A stretch of DNA of 64,000 nucleotides from an uncultured Chloroflexia bacterium (GTDB lineage Bacteria > Chloroflexota > Limnocylindria > QHBO01): contig CAWGTN010000001.1 in the NCBI GenBank assembly GCA_963825525.1, positions 32,001-96,000 of the forward strand. The letters run 5' to 3'. Position numbers and translations under genes: made by a program. Positions 51,749-62,436 of the stretch are shown here, piece after piece; position 1 is the first letter of the stretch, and each line of letters opens with the position of its first letter. The notes beneath the pieces are model-generated. The model saw only the letters and a program-made list of their open reading frames with translations, did not search any database and was not told the origin of the DNA.

Positions 51749-52932
51749 TGGCAGTCGAGGCCGCCCCGGCGCGCGACCCGCTCGCCCTCTCGGAGGAGGA
51801 GCGGAGCGTCCGCGACACGGTCCGGGACTGGGCGCAGCGCGAGGTGCTGCCCGGAGCAGCCGAACGGGACGAGCAGGAGCGTTACGACCGCTCGCTCTTC
51901 GAGCGTGCCGGGGAGCTCGGGCTGACCGGCCTCCCGTATCCCGAGGAGTACGGCGGCGCGGGGATGGGCAGCTTCGCCTGGGCACTCGCGGCCGAGGAGA
52001 TCGCCGCGGCCGATATGGCTCTGGCCGTCAGTCTCAGCGTTCACATCCTGAGCCAGCTGTGCATCGTTGCCAACGGCAGCGACGAGCAGAAGGAGCGCTT
52101 CCTGCCCCCGATGACTGCCGGACGCGAGCTCGGGGCCTTCGCTCTGACCGAGCCCGGGGCAGGGTCGGATGCGGCCGCGCTGTCGCTGTCGGCACTGCGC
52201 GACGGCGATGACTACCTGCTCACCGGCACCAAGATCTGGATCACGAACGCGGGTGAGGCGGCTCGCTACGTCGTCTTCGCTACCGTCGACCGCTCGAAGG
52301 GCAAGGCGGGGATCACCGCATTCGTCGTCGAGGCCGACACGCCGGGGTTCCGGCTGGGCTCGAAGGAGCGGAAGATGGGGATCCGCGGCACCAGCGCCTA
52401 CGAGATCGTATTCGAGGAAGCTCGGGTGCCCGCGGCCAACAGGCTGGGTGAGGAGGGCGAGGGGCTGAAGGTCGCGCTCTCGGCGCTCGGCGCGGGCAGG
52501 ATCAGCATCGCCGCGGCGTGCACCGGCCTGGCGCGCAACGCGCTCGAGCTCGCGACGCAGTACGCCATCCAACGCCGCCAGTTCGGCCGCGCCATCGCTG
52601 ACCAGGAGATGATCCAGGGGATGCTGGCCGAGATGGCGGTGAAGGTCGATGCGGCACGGCTGCTCACCTGGCGTGCGGCGCGCATGCGCGATGCCGGGCA
52701 ACCGATCAACTCACCCTCGAGCATGGCGAAGTGGTACGCCTCCGACGCGGCGATGGCGGTGGCCACCGACGCGGTGCAGATCTACGGTGGCGCCGGATAC
52801 TCCCGGGACAATCCCGTTGAACGCCTCATGCGCGACGCGAAGGGCGCGCAGATCTACGAGGGGACCAACCAGATCCATCGGCTGATCGTTGCCCAGCACA
52901 TGATCGAGAACGCCAGAAGGACCGACCGATGA
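51748..52932 (+). CDS. Acyl-CoA dehydrogenase (short/branched-chain type)
   Basis: FALTEPGAGSDA, GTKIWITN, KMGIRG, VQIYGGAGY, IYEGTNQI. Confidence 0.93.
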   Translation: MAVEAAPARDPLALSEEERSVRDTVRDWAQREVLPGAAERDEQERYDRSLFERAGELGLTGLPYPEEYGGAGMGSFAWALAAEEIAAADMALAVSLSVHILSQLCIVANGSDEQKERFLPPMTAGRELGAFALTEPGAGSDAAALSLSALRDGDDYLLTGTKIWITNAGEAARYVVFATVDRSKGKAGITAFVVEADTPGFRLGSKERKMGIRGTSAYEIVFEEARVPAANRLGEEGEGLKVALSALGAGRISIAAACTGLARNALELATQYAIQRRQFGRAIADQEMIQGMLAEMAVKVDAARLLTWRAARMRDAGQPINSPSSMAKWYASDAAMAVATDAVQIYGGAGYSRDNPVERLMRDAKGAQIYEGTNQIHRLIVAQHMIENARRTDR

Positions 52933-54866
52933 CCACCACCGCGGGCGACCAGAGCTCCCTCCCATCCGCCATCGAGCCGCTGCGGCTTCCACCCGAGGAG
53001 CGCGCATCAAGCGTTGTCGACCTCATCCACCGCGCGGTGGTCGAGCACGCATCGCGCGAAGCCCTGCGCTGGAAGCTGCCGCGCACCCGCCGGCAGGCGA
53101 GCGATGGCGTGGCCGAGGAGGATCACCAGGCGGAGTGGAGATCAACGACCTACGCGGAGACGTGGCGATGGATTCGCGACGTCGCCCTCGCCTTGCGCGA
53201 GCTCGGCGTTCGTCGCGGCGACCACGTCTGCATCGTGAGCCGCACCCGGCCGGCATGGCTGGTCGCCGATCTCGCCAGCATGTCGGTGGGTGCCGTGGTC
53301 TGCCCGATCTACCCCTCATCCGAGGCAAACCAGGCGGCCTTCATCATCAACAACGTCGGCGCCAAGCTCGTGTTCGTGGAGAACGCGCAGCAGGCGGCCA
53401 AGATCGAATCAATTCGCGCCGAATGCCCCACGATCGAGACGATTGTCGCCTTCGATGATCGAGCGAAGCTGTCCGACGGGGTCGTGAGCTTCGACGACAT
53501 GTTCGAGGATGCCGCCGAGCTGCGACCCGACGAGGAGGCCGAGTGGGATCGAGAGTGGCGTAGCCTCAGCCGCGACGACGTGGCCACGATCATCCACACC
53601 TCGGGCACCACGGCCAATCCGAAGGGCGCGATCCTGACCCACGGCAATCTGGTGTTCAACTACGAGGCGGTCACCCAGGTCATCGATTTCACGCCCGACG
53701 ATCTGTTCCTGTCGTGGTTGCCACTCAGCCACATCTACGAGCGTGTCGCCGGGATGGTGGTGCCGCTCGGCCGGGGCTGCGCCATCGCGTACGCCGAGCC
53801 GATCGTCGAGCGCCTTCCCGCCAACATGGCCGAAGTGCGCCCCACGGTCATGGTGGCCGTTCCGCGGCTCTACGAGCGCGTCTATGCGCGCGTCATCTCG
53901 GCGGTCGAGAGCGGACCACCCCTGCGGCAGCGCATCTTCCACTGGGCTGCTGGCCTCGGCAGCAAGAAGTACGCAAACCACCTGGCCGGTCGCCGAAACT
54001 CCCCGTGGCTCAGCCTCCAGCTCAAGGTCGCCGATCGGCTCGTGTACGAGAAGGTCCGGGCGCGGACAGGCGGACGCGTGCGCTACTTCGTCTCCGGATC
54101 GGCGCCGCTGGCGGGGGAGATCGGCGAGTTCTTCTACGGGCTGGGAATGCTGGTCCTCGAGGGGTACGGACTCACGGAGACGTCACCCTTCGTCTCGATC
54201 AACCGACCGGAGAGCTTCAAGTTCGGCACGGTCGGGCAGCCCGCCCCCGACACCGAGGTGAAGATCGATGCGGCGACCGGCGAGATCATGGTCCGCGGCC
54301 CGCAGATCATGCGCGGGTACCTCAACGCCCCGGAGGACACCGCGATGGCCATCGAGCCGGACGGGTGGTTCCATACCGGAGACATCGGCGAGCTGGACGA
54401 GGTCGGCCGCATCAGCATCACCGATCGGCTGAAGAACATCATCGTGCTCGGCAACGGGAAGAACGTCTCACCGGCGCCGATGGAGGCGGCCCTCTATACC
54501 TCTCCGCTGATCTCGCAGGCCGTGGTGCTCGGCGACCGGCAGAACTACACCGGCGTCATCATCGCCCCCGACTTCGAGGAGCTCGAGCGATGGGCGGCGG
54601 CGAACGGAATCACCGAGATGCCGCCCGACCAGCTGGTGGAACAGAAGGCAGTCCAGAAGCTGTACGACGGCGAGGTCAAGCGCACGCTGTCGCAGTTCGG
54701 CGCCCACGAGCGACCGCGGCGGACGGCACTCCTGCCGCGGCTCCTGTCCGAGGAGGAGGGTGAGCTGACGCCCTCGTTGAAGACGAAGAAGCGCGTGGTG
54801 GTCGAGAAGTGGGCCGACAAGGTTGCCCACCTGTTCGATGAGCGGGGCGGCGACCCGGGCTCCTGA
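52929..54866 (+). CDS. Long-chain fatty-acid--CoA ligase
   Basis: HTSGTTANPKG, LPLSHIYE, EGYGLTET, GWFHTGDIG, ELTPSLK. Confidence 0.93.
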   Translation: MTTTAGDQSSLPSAIEPLRLPPEERASSVVDLIHRAVVEHASREALRWKLPRTRRQASDGVAEEDHQAEWRSTTYAETWRWIRDVALALRELGVRRGDHVCIVSRTRPAWLVADLASMSVGAVVCPIYPSSEANQAAFIINNVGAKLVFVENAQQAAKIESIRAECPTIETIVAFDDRAKLSDGVVSFDDMFEDAAELRPDEEAEWDREWRSLSRDDVATIIHTSGTTANPKGAILTHGNLVFNYEAVTQVIDFTPDDLFLSWLPLSHIYERVAGMVVPLGRGCAIAYAEPIVERLPANMAEVRPTVMVAVPRLYERVYARVISAVESGPPLRQRIFHWAAGLGSKKYANHLAGRRNSPWLSLQLKVADRLVYEKVRARTGGRVRYFVSGSAPLAGEIGEFFYGLGMLVLEGYGLTETSPFVSINRPESFKFGTVGQPAPDTEVKIDAATGEIMVRGPQIMRGYLNAPEDTAMAIEPDGWFHTGDIGELDEVGRISITDRLKNIIVLGNGKNVSPAPMEAALYTSPLISQAVVLGDRQNYTGVIIAPDFEELERWAAANGITEMPPDQLVEQKAVQKLYDGEVKRTLSQFGAHERPRRTALLPRLLSEEEGELTPSLKTKKRVVVEKWADKVAHLFDERGGDPGS

Positions 54867-54940
54867 GGTCGAACGCCACCTCGTCGGTTGGTCTGCACCC
54901 CCGGCTGGCTGGAGCCGCCTCCCGGAGTACCATGGCTTCC

Positions 54941-56116
54941 ATGAACGACGTCTACATTCTGTCCGCCGCTCGCACGCCCATCGGCAAGTTCGGCGGCGCC
55001 CTGTCCACCACCCCGGCGACCGAACTGGGCGCGATCGCCATCCGTGCGGCTGTTGAGCGCAGCGGCGTGGCGCCCGAGCGCATCGATGAGACGATCATGG
55101 GCCAGGTGCTGCAGGCCGGCGCCGGCCAGGCTCCCGCTCGCCAGGCGGCACTCAAGGCGGGCCTGCCCGAGGGCGTGAGCGCGACGACCATCAACAAGGT
55201 GTGCGGCTCCGGCCTCAAGGCGGTGATGATGGGCGCCTCGGCCATCCGGGCAGGTGACGCCAGCATCATCGTTGCGGGCGGCATGGAGAGCATGAACATG
55301 GCGCCGTACCTCCTGCCCCAGGCGCGCACCGGGTACCGACTGGGAGACGGCAAGATCATCGACTCGACGGTCCACGACGGGCTGTGGTGCTCGACCTGCG
55401 ACGTCCATATGGGCCTGCACGCCGAGCGTGTGGCGGCTAAGCATGACGTGACGCGCGAGGCGCAGGATGACTTCGCGTTGAGGTCTCACCGCAACGCCAT
55501 CGCCGCCCAGGAAGCAGGTCGTTTCGACGACGAGATCGTCCCGGTCACCGTCCCCGGCAAGAAGGGGGACACCGTCGTCACGGCCGACGAGGGCCCGCGC
55601 GCCGACACCAGCCCCGAAGCGCTGGCCAGGTTGAAGCCGGCATTTCAGCCGGAGGGCGGCACCGTCACCGCCGGCAACGCTCCGGGCATCACTGACGGTG
55701 CGGCGGCACTCGTCATCGCCGGCGAGGATGCGCTGGATGGCGCACAGCCACTGGCGCGCGTCATCGGCTACGCCCAGGCCGACGTGGCACCGGAATGGCT
55801 GTTCGAGGCCCCGATCCAGGGCGTGCGCCGGCTCATCGAGCGGGTCGGCGGCAGCGTCGGAGACTTCGACCTCATCGAGATCAACGAGGCGTTCGCGGCC
55901 CAGGTCCTCGCCGATGGCAACGAGCTCGGATTCGACTGGGACCGCGTGAACGTCAACGGCGGAGCCATCGCCCTCGGCCATCCGATCGGCGCATCCGGGG
56001 CCCGCGTCCTGACGACCCTGATCCACGAGCTGCGGCGCCGCGGCGGCGGCAAGGGCCTCGCGACACTGTGCCTCGGCGGCGGGGGAGCGGTGGCCATGGC
56101 GATCGAGACGACCTAG
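54941..56116 (+). CDS. Acetyl-CoA C-acetyltransferase (thiolase)
   Basis: NKVCGSG, EINEAFA, ALGHPIGASG, LCLGGG. Confidence 0.95.
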   Translation: MNDVYILSAARTPIGKFGGALSTTPATELGAIAIRAAVERSGVAPERIDETIMGQVLQAGAGQAPARQAALKAGLPEGVSATTINKVCGSGLKAVMMGASAIRAGDASIIVAGGMESMNMAPYLLPQARTGYRLGDGKIIDSTVHDGLWCSTCDVHMGLHAERVAAKHDVTREAQDDFALRSHRNAIAAQEAGRFDDEIVPVTVPGKKGDTVVTADEGPRADTSPEALARLKPAFQPEGGTVTAGNAPGITDGAAALVIAGEDALDGAQPLARVIGYAQADVAPEWLFEAPIQGVRRLIERVGGSVGDFDLIEINEAFAAQVLADGNELGFDWDRVNVNGGAIALGHPIGASGARVLTTLIHELRRRGGGKGLATLCLGGGGAVAMAIETT

Positions 56117-56134
56117 CTCTTCCGAGGCCGACCG

Positions 56135-56875
56135 ATGCCCGACGCGGTCTTCGATGAGCCACGGCTTGCCGCGATCTACGACGCCCTTGATCCGGATCGC
56201 TCGGATCTCGACGCGTACGTCGCAATGATCGATGAGTTCGGCGCGCGCTCCGTTCTCGACCTCGGCTGCGGCACCGGTGTCTTCGCGCTCCAGCTTGCCG
56301 CGCGCGGCGCCGATGTCATCGGCGTGGATCCCGCGGGTGCATCGCTGGATGTGGCGCGCTCGAAGCCTCACGCCGATCGAGTCAGCTGGATCCACGGCGA
56401 TGCGTCCGCGATCCCGGCATCGACAGCGGTCGACGTCGTGACCATGACGGCCAACGTGGCGCAGGTCTTCCTGGCCGATGCGGAATGGCTGGCGACGTTG
56501 ACCGCGATCCGTGCCGCGCTCCGTCCCGGTGGCCGGCTCATCTTCGAGGCCCGCGACCCGGCGCGGCGTGCATGGGAGGAGTGGACCGAGGACGCCACGC
56601 GTTCCACCACCGAGATTCCGGGCGTCGGACGGGTGACCGACTGGGTGCAGGTGACCGACGTCGCCCGCGACGGCGAGCTCGTGACGTTCGAGTCACCGAA
56701 CCTCTTCGAGTCCGACGGCGTCGTTCTCACCTCGCGCTCCACGCTGAGATTCAGGACTCAGGCGGAGATCGAGGACTCTTTGCGCGCGGCCGGGTTCACT
56801 CTCGAGGAGGTTCGAGACGCCCCGGACCGACCGGGCAGGGAGATGGTCTTTGTCGCGAGACGCCCGCTGGCCTAG
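56135..56875 (+). CDS. Class I SAM-dependent methyltransferase
   Basis: VLDLGCGTG, GVDP, LRPGGRL. Confidence 0.9.
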   Translation: MPDAVFDEPRLAAIYDALDPDRSDLDAYVAMIDEFGARSVLDLGCGTGVFALQLAARGADVIGVDPAGASLDVARSKPHADRVSWIHGDASAIPASTAVDVVTMTANVAQVFLADAEWLATLTAIRAALRPGGRLIFEARDPARRAWEEWTEDATRSTTEIPGVGRVTDWVQVTDVARDGELVTFESPNLFESDGVVLTSRSTLRFRTQAEIEDSLRAAGFTLEEVRDAPDRPGREMVFVARRPLA

Positions 56876-59196
56876 CGGTCAAGCGCGATCAACGCCTCGT
56901 CCAGCGTGCCGGCAATGATCGCGGCCTCCTCGCGGCGGATGCAGAGCGGCGGCCGGATCTTCAGCACACTGCCGCGGCGCCCGGAGGTGCCGATGAGCAC
57001 CCCGCGCTCCGCCATCTCGTCCTTCACACGGCCCGCGAGGTCGGTGGCGGGCTCGCGGGTGGCGCGGTCCAGGACGAGCTCGACCCCGGTCATGAGGCCG
57101 CGACCGCGCACGTCACCGATCACCGGATGGCGCCCTGCGAGCGCTGACAGCTCCGCTCGCAGCCAGTCGCCCTCCGTCGTGGCGTTGCGGATCAGCCGCT
57201 CATCCTCCAGGACGTCGAGCACAGTCAGCGCGGCAGCACAGGCCACCGGGTTGCCTCCGAACGTGGAGAAGAAGGTGGTGTGGGCGCCGAAGCGGTCGAC
57301 GATGTCCGCGCGGGTGATGACGGCCGCGATCGGGTGCCCGTTGCCCATCGGCTTGCCCAGGGTGACGATATCGGGCGTCACGCCCCATCGAACATGGCCC
57401 CACATGCCGTCGCCGGTGCGGCCGTGGCCCGACTGGACTTCGTCTGCCACGTACAGGGCTCCGGCCTCCCGTGCCGCGCCGATGACGGCGGCAACCACTT
57501 CGGGCGCGGGGACGAAGATCCCATCCGACGTGAAGGTCGAGTCGAGGAAGAGCGCCGCCGGCCGCCGATTCCGACCCGCCAGCCGCGCGACGGCCCCAAC
57601 CACCTCGTCGAGGGCGACGGCGACCGGGTCAGGCGCATCGGCATATCGGCCGCGATAGGTGTCCGGCGCGGCGTAGGTCTCCACCCCGTCCGGCTGCTCG
57701 CCGCCCGGCCATTCGGAGGGGGAGAAGTCGGCGATCGCGGCCGTGACGCCGTGATAGCCCCACTCGGTGACCAGGCCCGCGTCGGCACCCGTCACCGTGG
57801 TGGCCAGCCGCCACGCGAGGTCGTTGGCCTCGGAGCCCGAGTTGACGAACATGACGGTGTCGAGCTCGTCGGGCAGGGTCTCGAGAATGCCCTCCGCCAG
57901 CTCGACGACGTTGTCGTGAAGGTACCGAGTGTTCGTGTTCAGGGTGGCGGCCTGTGCCCTGATGGCCTCCACCACGCGCGGGTGCGCGTGGCCGACCACC
58001 GGCACGTTGTTGTAGGCGTCCAGGTATCGCCGGCCATCGGCATCTTCCATCCAGACGCCGGCGCCGCGGACGAGGTGGAGCGGGCGCCGATAGCTCAGCG
58101 GCTCCAGTGCGCTCCCCAGCACGCGCCGACGCCGGGCGAGCAGCGCGCTCGAGTCGACGCGCCGTCGGATCGGGCTGCGAGCGATGGCGGCCAACCGCTG
58201 GCCAGCTTCGTCGAAGCCGATGGCCTCGAGCTGTTCGAGCAGCTCCCAGGCGGGCTCGGACCAGCCATGGATGTAGGCGTTGTCCGGGTACCGGCGCGTC
58301 CGGTCGGCACTGATGAGGATGGTCTGGGCCATGCGTCCGGCGAGCAGGTCGCCCATCAGCTCCGCCTCCTCCTGTTCGAGCGGCGTGATCGAGGCGTAGC
58401 CCCCCAGCAATGCCTCGGCCACCTCGAACAGGTCGGTTCGTCCGCGAACCAGGGACTGCAGCGTTGCCGGGATGTCGAGCACCAGCGCGGTGTGTGACAT
58501 GTCGCCGAAGTCGATGATGCCCGACACGCGGTGCGCATCATCGAGCAGCAGGTTGTCGAGCGTGAGGTCGTCATGGATGACCTGCGAACGCAGGCTCGGC
58601 AGCGCCGGGAGCACACGTTCGCCGACGCGGTCGATGACGCGCTCGAGGAGCCGGCGCCGCTCGCCGTTCTCGACGAGGTCGGCGTTGGGAAACAGGTCCG
58701 GGAGCCGCTGCTGGTCCCACGCGATCGATCGCCCGGCGGCCGGATGGAAGAACCCGCGCAGGGCGACGGCCACACGGGCCACGACCTCGCCGATGCCCTC
58801 GATGGTCGCGCGGTCGAGCCCGATCGGGTCGGCGTGACGGCCCGGCATGCGAGGGATGAGCCTGACGAGGTGCGCGCCGGAAGGGCTCTCGACCAGCTCG
58901 ATCGGTCGTCCCGCCAGTGATGGGCGGACGACGGGCACCGGCAGGCCGGCATCAACCGCCACGATGCGGTCGATGGCCGTCACCTCCATGTCGAGGACGG
59001 CCTGGTCCTCGGCGCTGTTCGCCACCTTGAGGATCCACGCGGTCTCGTCGGGCTCGTCGATCAGGAAGTTCTGATCGCGTTCGCTGACGAGCAGCCGAGC
59101 GGTCCCGGTCACGCCGTAGCGGGAAGCCGCGATCTCCGCGGCCTCCCGCGGCGTCAGCTGGGGTGGATCTGCCTCGAGTACATCGCCGATGGACAT
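56872..59196 (-). CDS. Phosphotransferase (APH/kinase-like) fused to a class III PLP aminotransferase
   Basis: SERDQNF, IHDDLTLDNLL, IIDFGD; YLDAYNNVPVVGH, NSGSEAND, ADEVQSG, TLGKPMGNG, LKIRPPL. Confidence 0.92.
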   Translation of the reverse strand: MSIGDVLEADPPQLTPREAAEIAASRYGVTGTARLLVSERDQNFLIDEPDETAWILKVANSAEDQAVLDMEVTAIDRIVAVDAGLPVPVVRPSLAGRPIELVESPSGAHLVRLIPRMPGRHADPIGLDRATIEGIGEVVARVAVALRGFFHPAAGRSIAWDQQRLPDLFPNADLVENGERRRLLERVIDRVGERVLPALPSLRSQVIHDDLTLDNLLLDDAHRVSGIIDFGDMSHTALVLDIPATLQSLVRGRTDLFEVAEALLGGYASITPLEQEEAELMGDLLAGRMAQTILISADRTRRYPDNAYIHGWSEPAWELLEQLEAIGFDEAGQRLAAIARSPIRRRVDSSALLARRRRVLGSALEPLSYRRPLHLVRGAGVWMEDADGRRYLDAYNNVPVVGHAHPRVVEAIRAQAATLNTNTRYLHDNVVELAEGILETLPDELDTVMFVNSGSEANDLAWRLATTVTGADAGLVTEWGYHGVTAAIADFSPSEWPGGEQPDGVETYAAPDTYRGRYADAPDPVAVALDEVVGAVARLAGRNRRPAALFLDSTFTSDGIFVPAPEVVAAVIGAAREAGALYVADEVQSGHGRTGDGMWGHVRWGVTPDIVTLGKPMGNGHPIAAVITRADIVDRFGAHTTFFSTFGGNPVACAAALTVLDVLEDERLIRNATTEGDWLRAELSALAGRHPVIGDVRGRGLMTGVELVLDRATREPATDLAGRVKDEMAERGVLIGTSGRRGSVLKIRPPLCIRREEAAIIAGTLDEALIALDR

Positions 59197-59377
59197 GCGC
59201 CGCTGATCGTAGCGTCGCGGGCGTTGAGCGCGTGTGCCCGACCGGCCGGTGGGTCGGCCCGCCCTGCGCTAGAATCGGCAACCGTCACCCCGTGGCCTGG
59301 CCTGCTTCCGCCCTCGAGTCGTGGCGTGCAGAGGCGCCGGAGCCACGACTGCATACAGGAGGCACTCAGCGCACCTG

Positions 59378-60646
59378 ATGGCCAGCCAGAACACGGTGGC
59401 GGAGGCTCCGAACATCTGGGCCGTCGCCCAGTCCCAGTTCGACCACGCCGCGGACAAGCTCGATCTCGACGACGGGATGCGACGCGTCCTGCGGGTCCCA
59501 CAGCGTGAGCTCACGGTGAACTTCCCGGTCACCATGGACGATGGCAGCGTCATGGTCTTCACCGGCCACCGCGTCCAGCACAACGTCAGTCGCGGTCCCG
59601 GCAAGGGCGGCATCCGCTATCACCAGGACGTCACCCTCGACGAGGTTCGGGCGCTGGCGATGTGGATGAGCTGGAAGTGCGCGTGCGTCAACATCCCGTA
59701 CGGCGGCGCTAAGGGCGGCGTGGTCGTCGACCCGAAGAAGCTGTCGATCCGCGAGGTCGAGGGCATGACCCGACGGTTCACGACCGAGATCAGCCCGCTC
59801 ATCGGTCCCGACCGCGACATCCCGGCGCCCGATGTGAACACCAACGCCCAGACCATGGCCTGGATGATGGACACCTACTCCATGCATCACGGCTACACGA
59901 TCGCCGGCGTCGTCACCGGCAAGCCGATCGCCATCGGCGGCTCGCTCGGGCGCAACGAGGCAACGGCGCGCGGCGCGGTCTTCACCCTGCTCCAGGCGTC
60001 GCAGGCGCTCAACCTGTCGGTTCACGGCTCACGCGTGGCCATCCAGGGCTACGGCAACGCCGGCAGCATTGCCGCCACCCTGCTGGCGGACGAAGGCGCG
60101 ACGATCGTTGCCGTCAGCGACTCGACCGGAGGCATCCACAACGCGGCTGGCCTCGACCCGGCGAAGGTGAGTGCCTGGAAGCGGGAGCACGGCACGGTCG
60201 TCGGGTTCCCGGGAACCGACGAGGTCAACAACCAGGAGATCCTCGAGGTCGACTGCGACATCCTGGTGCCGGCGGCGCTCGAGAACCAGATCACCCGCCA
60301 GAACGCACCGAGCATCAAGGCAAAGATCATCGCGGAAGCCGCCAACGGGCCGACCACCCCGGAGGCTGATCAGATCCTGTTCGAGCGCGGCGTGTTCCTG
60401 ATCCCCGACATCCTGTGCAACGCCGGCGGCGTGACGGTCTCCTACTTCGAGTGGGTGCAGGACATGCAGAGCTTCTTCTGGACCGAGGCGCGCATCAACG
60501 AGAGCCTGAAGGAGATCATGGACCGTGCGTTTGTATCGGTGTACGAGATGAGCCAGCGCCACGAGGTCGACATGCGCACCGCGGCATACATGGTGGCCGT
60601 GGCACGGGTCGCCGAAGCGACGACCCTGCGCGGGCTCTACCCCTAG
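59378..60646 (+). CDS. gdhA: Glutamate dehydrogenase (Glu/Leu/Phe/Val family), intact active site
   Basis: RGPGKGGIRY, MSWKC, GGAKGG, DIPAPD, QGYGNAG, EAANGP, NAGGVTVSYFEW. Confidence 0.93.
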   Translation: MASQNTVAEAPNIWAVAQSQFDHAADKLDLDDGMRRVLRVPQRELTVNFPVTMDDGSVMVFTGHRVQHNVSRGPGKGGIRYHQDVTLDEVRALAMWMSWKCACVNIPYGGAKGGVVVDPKKLSIREVEGMTRRFTTEISPLIGPDRDIPAPDVNTNAQTMAWMMDTYSMHHGYTIAGVVTGKPIAIGGSLGRNEATARGAVFTLLQASQALNLSVHGSRVAIQGYGNAGSIAATLLADEGATIVAVSDSTGGIHNAAGLDPAKVSAWKREHGTVVGFPGTDEVNNQEILEVDCDILVPAALENQITRQNAPSIKAKIIAEAANGPTTPEADQILFERGVFLIPDILCNAGGVTVSYFEWVQDMQSFFWTEARINESLKEIMDRAFVSVYEMSQRHEVDMRTAAYMVAVARVAEATTLRGLYP

Positions 60647-60725
60647 GACACCACCCGCCGATGCCGGCGTTGCGCACGAGCGCGGCGCCGGGCGACGCAT
60701 CGGCTGATCCGGCAAGGAGGCTCCG

Positions 60726-61331
60726 ATGCTCGACCACGAAGAGCGATTCCTGTTCCGCGAGGAGATCCACAACCTGGCGAACGCGCTGGCGGATCCCGGA
60801 CAGCTCGACAACGTCGAGGACCTGCTGGCCGAGGTCACGACCAGTCCGAGGTTCGACGCCGATGTGTTCACCCTGGAGCGTTCGCTGCAGGTGATGCTCG
60901 GCGGCCGCGCCGGTTCGACGCTGGTCGGGCTGCTGACGGTGGATCGCGGGGTGTTCGAGGAGCTGGGCGAGATGGGCCTGACGCCGGAGGTCCACGAGCG
61001 GCTCGTCAGTTGGCGTGCCCGATTCGGCCTGGTCATCGACAACGCCCTCAACTTCCTCAACAACCCCGACGGCATCCAGGGCCACAACTTCGGCACGCAG
61101 CTCATGCACACCGAGTCGGGGCTCACGCTCCAGGGCAGGCTCACGCTCGTCCGCTACAACAACGAGCCGCAGTTCTTCATCGCCGATGCCGATGTGCTGT
61201 TCAGCGTGGCGGCCGACATGCTCGAACGACTGGGTGAGCACCTCGAGCCCGAGATGATCGACGCCGACCTGATCACGCGGCTGCGCGAGGGCGTCGAGCT
61301 GGTCGAGCGCCGCACGAAGAGCCGCTCGTAG
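60726..61331 (+). CDS. Hypothetical protein
   Basis: AAGGAGG RBS; 201-aa globular-looking acidic ORF between gdh and the DRTGG gene. Confidence 0.75.
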   Translation: MLDHEERFLFREEIHNLANALADPGQLDNVEDLLAEVTTSPRFDADVFTLERSLQVMLGGRAGSTLVGLLTVDRGVFEELGEMGLTPEVHERLVSWRARFGLVIDNALNFLNNPDGIQGHNFGTQLMHTESGLTLQGRLTLVRYNNEPQFFIADADVLFSVAADMLERLGEHLEPEMIDADLITRLREGVELVERRTKSRS

Positions 61332-61341
61332 CCACGATCGG

Positions 61342-62436
61342 GTGACGGCCAAACGCGTCTTCCTGGCGGCGACCGGCCAGAATCGCGGCAAGACGACCAC
61401 CAGCCTCGGCCTGATCGCGGCCATCCGGCAGCGGGGACTCGAGCTGGGATTCATGAAGCCGGTCGGACAGCGCTACCTGGTGGTCGACGGGACGCGGGCC
61501 GACGAGGACGCGGTCCTGATCAAGGAGGTCTACGGCCTGCCCGACGCCCTCAACGACATGTCGCCGGTCACGCTGCCGCGGCGGTTCACCACCGACTTCA
61601 TCCTGGGGCGTGTCACCGACGATCTCGAGGCACAGGTACTCGGGGCGTACGAGCGGGTGGCGGACGGCAGGGACCTGGTGGTGATCGAGGGCACGGGGCA
61701 CGCCGGCGTCGGTGCCGTCATCCGGCTCTCGAACGCACGCGCCGCAGCCATGCTCGAGACACCGGTCATCATCGTCAGCGAGGGCGGCGTCGGCCGGCCG
61801 ATCGACGAGATCGTCCTCAACCGGGCGCTGTTCGCGGCGAACGGGGTGACGGTGCTCGGGGCGGTGGTGAACAAGGTCGACGTGGTCTCGCATCCGCAGC
61901 TGCCGGATGTCCTGCGTCGCGGCCTGGAGCTCCACGGCATCGAGCTGCTCGGATGCATCCCGTACTCCGAATTCCTGGCCAACCCATCGCTCGAGCTCAT
62001 CGTCACGCACCTCGACGGTGAGCTCCTCGCCGGTCGGGCGGAGGCGGGGCGCACGATCGGGCACGTGGCCATCGGCGCCATGCAGGCCGAGCACGCAGTC
62101 GAGCATCTCGAGGATCGGACGCTGCTCATCACGCCGGGCGATCGGGAAGACTTGATCGGGGCGGCACTGGTTGCCAACGCGACCCCACGAGGGGGCCTGC
62201 CGCTCGTCAGCGGGCTCGTCCTGACCGGCGGCTATCGGCCGTCGGATTCGACGATGGTGGCGCTCCGAGACGCGGACGTCTTCACGTACCTCGTGCCGAC
62301 CGATACCTATCGGACGGCGCAGGCGGTGGACGAGATCCTGGTGAAGACGCACGCCAGCGATCGGGAGAAGATCGCCACGATCATCGACCTGGTGGGCGGC
62401 GCGCTCGACGTGGATGCGCTCCTCGAGCGCCTGTAG
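61342..62436 (+). CDS. Stand-alone phosphotransacetylase N-terminal (AAA_26/BioD-like plus DRTGG) domain protein
   Basis: ATGQNRGKTT, FMKPVGQ, VIEGTGHAGVG, ITPGDREDL, LVLTGG; no catalytic PTA domain. Confidence 0.88.
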   Translation: MTAKRVFLAATGQNRGKTTTSLGLIAAIRQRGLELGFMKPVGQRYLVVDGTRADEDAVLIKEVYGLPDALNDMSPVTLPRRFTTDFILGRVTDDLEAQVLGAYERVADGRDLVVIEGTGHAGVGAVIRLSNARAAAMLETPVIIVSEGGVGRPIDEIVLNRALFAANGVTVLGAVVNKVDVVSHPQLPDVLRRGLELHGIELLGCIPYSEFLANPSLELIVTHLDGELLAGRAEAGRTIGHVAIGAMQAEHAVEHLEDRTLLITPGDREDLIGAALVANATPRGGLPLVSGLVLTGGYRPSDSTMVALRDADVFTYLVPTDTYRTAQAVDEILVKTHASDREKIATIIDLVGGALDVDALLERL

